Positions 56,401 to 64,000 of a stretch of 64,000 nucleotides of DNA are shown in pieces. The stretch is from the human T2T-CHM13v2.0 reference genome, Homo sapiens, in NCBI RefSeq assembly GCF_009914755.1, contig NC_060935.1; one strand, 5' to 3'. Each line of letters opens with the position of its first letter. The first letter of the stretch is position 1. The translations under genes and the position numbers were made by a program. The notes below the pieces were generated by a model. The model was given only the letters and a program-made list of their open reading frames with translations. It was not told where the DNA came from and searched no databases.

Positions 56401-57790
56401 GGGTCAGAAAATAAACTCAGATACGGACATGGGGCAAGACAGCACGGCTTCTTATCGGAGCGATCACTTTCAGCCTCTTCCCCATTCATTCATAGTCTCT
56501 GTTCATTAAATAAACAGCTTTATTGAGGTATTATTGACATACAATAAACTGCACATATCTAAAATGTACAGTTTGATACATTTTAAAACGCGAAACTTGT
56601 GTCCACTCATGTCCTCAGAAACGGTCACCATGATGGGGACAGTGGGCACGTCCCCTCCCTGACGGTGTCCTCCTGCCCCTTTGTAACCCTTCCTGTCACT
56701 CTTCCCTTTCCCCAGCCCCCATGAGCCACTGCTGACCTGCTTTCTACCGCATTTCTGAGTTTCACTGTATATATGGAAATATACAGTGAGTCTTCTTTTT
56801 CCTCTGGCTTCCTTCATTCAGAAAATTCTCTTGAGCTTCACCCTTGTTTGTTGTTCTGTATGAGTAACTCACCCCTTCCTGTTGCTAACTATACCCTCCT
56901 GCCTGGCTAGACCAGAGCTTGTTTTTATCTGTTCATCTGTTGATGAACACCTGAGTCATATCCAGGTTTTGGCTATTACAAAAAAAAAAAAAAAGATTCT
57001 GTGAATATTCATGCACAAGTCTTTGCATCAACATATTTTTTTTCCTCTTGAGTAAATATGTAGGAGTGGAATGGCTGGGCCCTGTGCTGGGTGAATATTC
57101 AACTTTCTAAGAAACTGCCAGATTGGTTTCCAAATGGTTGTACCATACCCTGTACCCACAGTGAGAATTCCAGTTCCACCACATCCTCAGCAACGCTGGT
57201 TATAATCAGTCATTTCAAGTTTAGCCGTTCTGTTTACCCGATGACAAATCAGGCTGAGAATCTTTCCATGTACTCATTTGCTAGCTGTTTATCTTATTTG
57301 ATGGAGTGTCTGTTCAAATCTTTTACCATGTTTAATTGAATTGTTTGTTTTCTTATTGTTGAGTTTTGTTAACTCTATATCCTTCATCAGATTAATGATT
57401 TGCAAAGATTTTCTCCCTGTCTGTGGCTTGTTTTTTCATTCTCTTAACAGCCTCTTTTGTGAAGCAGTTTTTAATTTGGCTGAAGGCCATGTTATCCATT
57501 AGTTCTTTTATGAATTATAGTTTTGGTATAACTAAGAAATCTTTGCCTAACCCAAGGTCACAAAAATGTTCTTTGATGTTTTCTCCTAGAAATTTGGTGT
57601 TTTTAGGTTTTACATTTAGGTCTATCATCCATTTTGGGTGAATTTTTATATATGTGAGACATGGCTTGAGGGTGTGTGGGTGGGGGCTTGTGTATGGTCA
57701 TTGTTCCAGCACCACTGGTTGAAAAGCTTGTCTCTCTCTCTTTTTTTTTTTTAACAGCATTGACTTTGTATCTTTGTCAAAATAGTTGTA

Positions 57791-58012
57791 CACATATGTG
57801 TGGACTCATTTGTGTGGACACATATGTGTGGACTCATTTGTGTGGACACATATGTGTGGACTCATTTGTGTGGACACATATGTGTGGACTCATTTGTGTG
57901 GACACATATGTGTGGACTCATTTGTGTGGACACATATGTGTGGACTCATTTGTGTGGACACATATGTGTGGACTCATTTGTGTGGACACATATGTGTGGA
58001 CTCATTTCTGGA
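57791..58012. repeat. 28-bp perfect minisatellite, ~8 copies
   Basis: cacatatgtgtggactcatttgtgtgga at 57791, 57819, ... 57987. Confidence 0.98.
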
Positions 58013-58050
58013 CCCACTGCTCAGTTCCATTGTTCTATTAGTCTGTCTTT

Positions 58051-58466
58051 TTTTTTCACTTTTTTTTTTATTTTTTACATATATATATTTTTATTATACT
58101 TTAAGTTCTAGGGTACATGTTCACAATGTGTAGGCTTGTTACATATGTATACATGTGCCATGTTGGTATGCTGCACCCATTAACTCATCATTTACATTAG
58201 GTATATCTCCTAATGCTCTCCCTTCCCCCTCCCCCCCACCCCACAACAGGCCCGGGTGTGTGATGTTCCCCTTCCTGTGTCCAGGTGTTCTCATTGTTCA
58301 AAGTAAACTAGTTCAACCATTGTGGAAGACAGTGTGGTGATTCCTCAGGGATCTAGAACTAGAAATACCATTTGACCCAGCTATCCCATTACTGGGTATA
58401 TACCCAAAGGAATATAAATCATGCTGCTATAAAGACACATGCACACGTATGTTTATTGTGGCACTA
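58051..58466 (-). mobile_element. Short younger L1PA (~PA4-6) with 5' inversion
   Basis: 3'UTR on - strand 58051-58301, inverted ORF2-end piece on + strand 58302-58466; TSD ctattagtctgtcttt / ctattgatctgtcttt. Confidence 0.9.
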
Positions 58467-60236
58467 TTGATCTGTCTTTATGCTGATGCCGCACTATAAC
58501 AGCTGTTGATACCAGATTGTGAGACCCCTCCAACCTTTTTCTTCTTTTTCGGAGTTGCTTGGCCTTTGCATTTTCATATGAATCTTAGAGCTTGTCAGTT
58601 TCCACAGTGAAGACTTTTGTAATTTGGATTGAGATTGCATTTCATCTGTAGATCAGTTTAAGGAGAATTGACGTCTTAACATTAATGAATCTCCTGGTCT
58701 ATGAGAAAGGTATATCTTTCATTTATTTAAATTTTTTTAACTCCTCTAGGTAATATTTTGCAGTTTTCAGTGAATATACCTTTTGCATTTCTGTCAAATT
58801 TATTCCTAAGTTCTTCATATTTTGTATGCCATTGTAAATGTTGTTATTTCAATTTCTGAGCGTTGATTGCTAATATTTTTCCATTTCATCTAAGTTGTTG
58901 AACCCATTGGCATAAAGTCATTTATAATATTCCCCTATTATCCCTTTAATATCTGTGGAATGTGTGGTTGGGTCACTTGCTTCTGATATTTGGAACTTAG
59001 GTCTCTTTTTTCCCTCTCTCCTTCTCTTCCTCCCTCCCTCCTGCCCGATCACTCTGGCTAGAAGCTTATCAATTTGACTGAGCCTCCCAAAAAACTAATT
59101 TTTACTTTCATTGGTTTTCTCTTTTTTTCTGTTTCCTATTTCATTGATTTCTGTTTTGATCTTCATTCTTTCTCTTTTACTTGGGTTTAATTTGCTCTTC
59201 TTTCCTCAGTTTCTTAAGGTAAAACTTGAAGCCGTTGCTTTGAGACACTTCTTCTTTTACAATATAGCAGCTAGTGCTATACTTTTTTCTTTAATGACCA
59301 GTTTATCAGCATCCCACAAATTTGCATGTGCTGTGTTGTTACTTTTATTCAGTTCAACAAATTTTCTAATTTGCCTTTTGATTTTGTCTTTGATCCATGA
59401 GTTATTTAGAAGTCTGTTATTTGGCCTATTATTTAGTTCTTAATATTTGGGAATTTTCCAGAGATATTTTTGTTATTGATTCCTAATTCTATTCTGTTAT
59501 GGCCAGGTAATACATTTGGCATCACTTGAATTCTGCTGAATTTAGTAAGACTTATTTTATGGCCCAGAATATGATCTATCTTTATAAATGCCCCACCTGC
59601 ACTTGAGAGGAGAGTGTAGTCTGCCGTCGTTGGGTGGAATGGCCTATAAATGTCAATTGGATCAAATTTCTTCACAGCGCTGTCTACGTCTACTCAATCC
59701 TTACTGAGTTTTTCTGCCTGCTCGTTCTCATAGTTATGGAGAGGGGGTATTGAAATCTCTGACTGTAATTATGGTTTTGCTTACTTCTTGCAATCTCATC
59801 ATGCATTTGGAAGCTATATGATTAGGTGCCTAAATGTTTAGGATGCTTATTTCCTCTTGAAGAATTGACCTCTTTATCATTATAAAATAGCCTTCATTAT
59901 CCTTATAATATTCTTTCCTCCAAAACCTCCTTTATCTGAAATCAGGATAGTCACTCCAGCTTTCTTTAGACAAGCATTAGCATGTTGTAACTTTTTTCAT
60001 TCTTTTTCTTTTGGCCTATTTGTGTCTGTATATTTAATGTAGGCAGCACACAGTCAGGCCTTGCTTTTTAAACCCAATTTGACATTTTCTACTTGTAATG
60101 AGGTTTAGACCATTTGTATTTCATGTGATTATTGATGTCATTAGGCTTGAATCTTCTATCATCTTCCTATTTGTTTTCTATTTGCCACACTTATTCTTTA
60201 TTATTTTTCTTCTCTGTCTTCTTCTGAATTGATTGA

Positions 60237-60537
60237 TTTTTTTTCTCTTTTGAGACAGAGTCTCACTCTGTCACCCAGGCTGGAGCGCAGCAGTGCGATC
60301 TCAGCTCACTGCAGCCTCAACCTCCCAGGCTCAAGTGATCCTTCAACCTCAGCCTCCTGAGTAGCAGGAACTACAGACACACGCCACTATGCCATGGCTA
60401 ATTTTTTGTATTTTTGGTAGAAACAGAGTTTCACCACGTTGCCCTGGCTAGTCTCAAACTTCTGAGTTCAAGGGATACACCCCCCCCTCAGCCTCCCAAA
60501 GTTCTGGGATTACAGGTGTGAGCCGCTGCACCCAGCC
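60237..60537 (-). mobile_element. AluJ
   Basis: cactgcagcctcaacctcccaggctcaagtgatcc J-type features. Confidence 0.9.
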
Positions 60538-60816
60538 TGAATATTTGTCATGATTTCATTTTATCTCTTTTGTTGACTTTGTAGCTATAACTTCTTGTTT
60601 ATTTTGTTAGTCCCTTTAGTATACATTTTAAGCATCACTCTCTACAATGTCTCACCACGTTACTTATAGGGAAGCACCTTGCACTCGGACCCTTCCACTT
60701 CCCCTCAGTCGTTACGCAGTTCTTGTCAAGCATTTTACTTTTACGTATGTTAAAAATCTCATAACACACCGTTATTATTTTTTCTAGTCTATTACCTTTT
60801 AAAGTGATTTAAATTA

Positions 60817-61526
<710 letters not shown>

Positions 61527-61810
61527 CTAAGTGTGTGTCATGGGGGTTTGTTGTACAGATTATTTCATCACCCAGGTACTAAGCCTAGTATCCATTAGTT
61601 ATTTTTCCGGATCCTCTCCCTTCTCCCACCCTCCACCCTTCAATAAGCCCCAGTGTGCATTGTTCCCCATATCTCCACGTGTTCTCATCATGTAGTTTCC
61701 ACTTATAAGTGAGAACATGCGGTATTTGGTTTTCTGTTCCTGCTTTAGTTTGGGAAGGATTATGGCCTCCAGTTCCATTCATGTCTCTGCAAAGGACATG
61801 ACCCCATTCC

Positions 61811-62161
61811 TTTTTTTTTTTTTTAACATATCTTTTTCATTAATGAGTAAATTAAACAGACGAAAAAAGTCAGTGAGGATATAGAAAATCTACACAACGT
61901 CATTAACAAATGGACTTAAACAGAAGACAAAACCCTACACTCACAGCAGCAACAATACATGCATTATTCAAGCACACACAGTATATTTGTACAACTTGAT
62001 CAGAGACGGAGCCATTAAGAAAATCTCCACACAGTTTAAGGGATTTATAGCACAAAAAGTATGTTTTCTGATCACTTTGTTGCTAAGATGGAGATCTGAA
62101 ACAAAAATATTATTGAACTCTTGAAAGGTTGAAAATTAAGAAGTCACTTCTAAATAGTCCA
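61811..62161 (-). mobile_element. Poly(A)-tailed, TSD-flanked retroposed insert made of antisense old-L1 ORF2 sequence
   Basis: T14 at 61811-61824; TSD gaccccattccttttt / gacctcattccttttt; body resembles the L1 EN region on the + strand. Confidence 0.75.
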
Positions 62162-62234
62162 GACCTCATTCCTTTTTATGGCTGCAGAGTATTCCATGGT
62201 GTATATATACCACATTTTCTTTATCTAGTCTATC

Positions 62235-62568
<334 letters not shown>

Positions 62569-62739
62569 TGATTCCATGTCCTTGCTATTGTATAGTGCTG
62601 CAATGGCGTGCATGTGTCTTTATGATAGAATGACTTATATTCCTCTAGGTATATACCCAGTAAAAGGATTGCTGGGTTGAATGGTAGTTCTGTCTCTAGG
62701 TGTCTGAGGAGTTACCATATCGTCTTCCACGATGGCTGA

Positions 62740-63170
<431 letters not shown>

Positions 63171-64000
63171 TCCTTGTGGTTTTGATTTGCATCTCCAAAG
63201 AAATTTAAATGATTTTAAAATCTCACGTGTTTGCCCATGTAGTTACCATTTCCAGTAGAATGTAGATTTCTGTCTGATTTCACGCCGCTTCAGCCTGAGT
63301 GAATTTCTTGAACGTCATTCACGGCACGGTTCTGCCGGCGATGGAGCTTCAGCTTTTATATCTCCAAAATGTTCTTATTTAAATTTCGTTTGTGAAGGAT
63401 GTTTTACCCAGGCATAGCATTCTGATGCTGATGGGTTCTTTTTGTTTCAGCAATTTAAAGGTCTTGCTTTCCCGTCTTCTTGCATTGCGTCTTGTGGGAA
63501 ATCTGCGGCCATCCGTTCCTCTGCACGTACCGTGTTCCTTTTGCCTCTAGTTGCTTTTAAGATTCTCATTTTATCACTAGTTTAAACAATTTGATTATGA
63601 TGTACCTTGGCTTGGTTTTAGTCCTGTTTCCTGCCCTAGGGAGTCATTGAGTTTCTTGGTTTATAGTTTTCATTAAGTTTGGAAATGTTTCAGTCATTAT
63701 TTCTTCAAACATTTTTCTTTCTCCCTCCTGCCCCAAACATACACACATCTCTCCTTCAAGGAAGCCAATTATCCATATATTGGGCCACCTGGAGTTACAC
63801 CAGAACTCATCGATGCAGTTAAAAACATTTCTTTTGTCTCTCTGTATTTTATTTTGAATGGTTTCCATTTCTATGTCTTCAAATTCAGTATTCTTTTCTT
63901 TTGCTGTTAATCTCATCCAGTGTATTTTTTCATCTCAGGCATGGTAGTTTTTACTTTAGAAGTTGTATTTGAGTCTTTTAAACTATACTTCATGTCTTTA

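Noticed and set aside
57791-58012. CRISPR-like appearance of the 28-bp repeat (also the 32-bp and 47-bp repeats)
   Set aside because: Head-to-tail tandem units with no unique spacers and no cas genes, in a primate context

Overview
Primate DNA, most likely human (AluY, AluS/J, L1PA, MLT2, Tigger). I can support no protein-coding gene, RNA gene or CRISPR array. The window has three domains. (1) 1-21.2 kb: GC-rich, TE-poor unique sequence with several minisatellites, a GC-shifted MER53, MIR/L2 debris, one AluY, a GAS+ISRE motif cluster and a well-formed 90-nt minus-strand exon candidate. (2) ~21.27-50.2 kb: a ~29-kb interstitial satellite-like array of a degenerate heptamer (CTCCATT/CTCCATA; ATGGAGA/T on the other strand), with almost no G on the + strand. 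It has nested higher-order duplications (~27 bp, 125 bp, 414-bp spacing, ~4.5-5.6 kb). It hosts 8 Alus and an L1PA, all on the minus strand, plus an MLT2A LTR nested in an Alu, a near full-length Tigger1 and two Tigger4-type MITEs. (3) 50.2-64 kb: L2, ERVL/MLT2 and nested L1 remnants, two fold-back inverted duplications, a perfect 28-bp VNTR, a twin-primed L1PA and an apparent orphan retrotransduction. Long ORFs in the track are compositional artefacts, apart from recognisable TE protein remnants. Repeat family calls come from remembered consensus sequences, not database searches, so subfamily labels are approximate.
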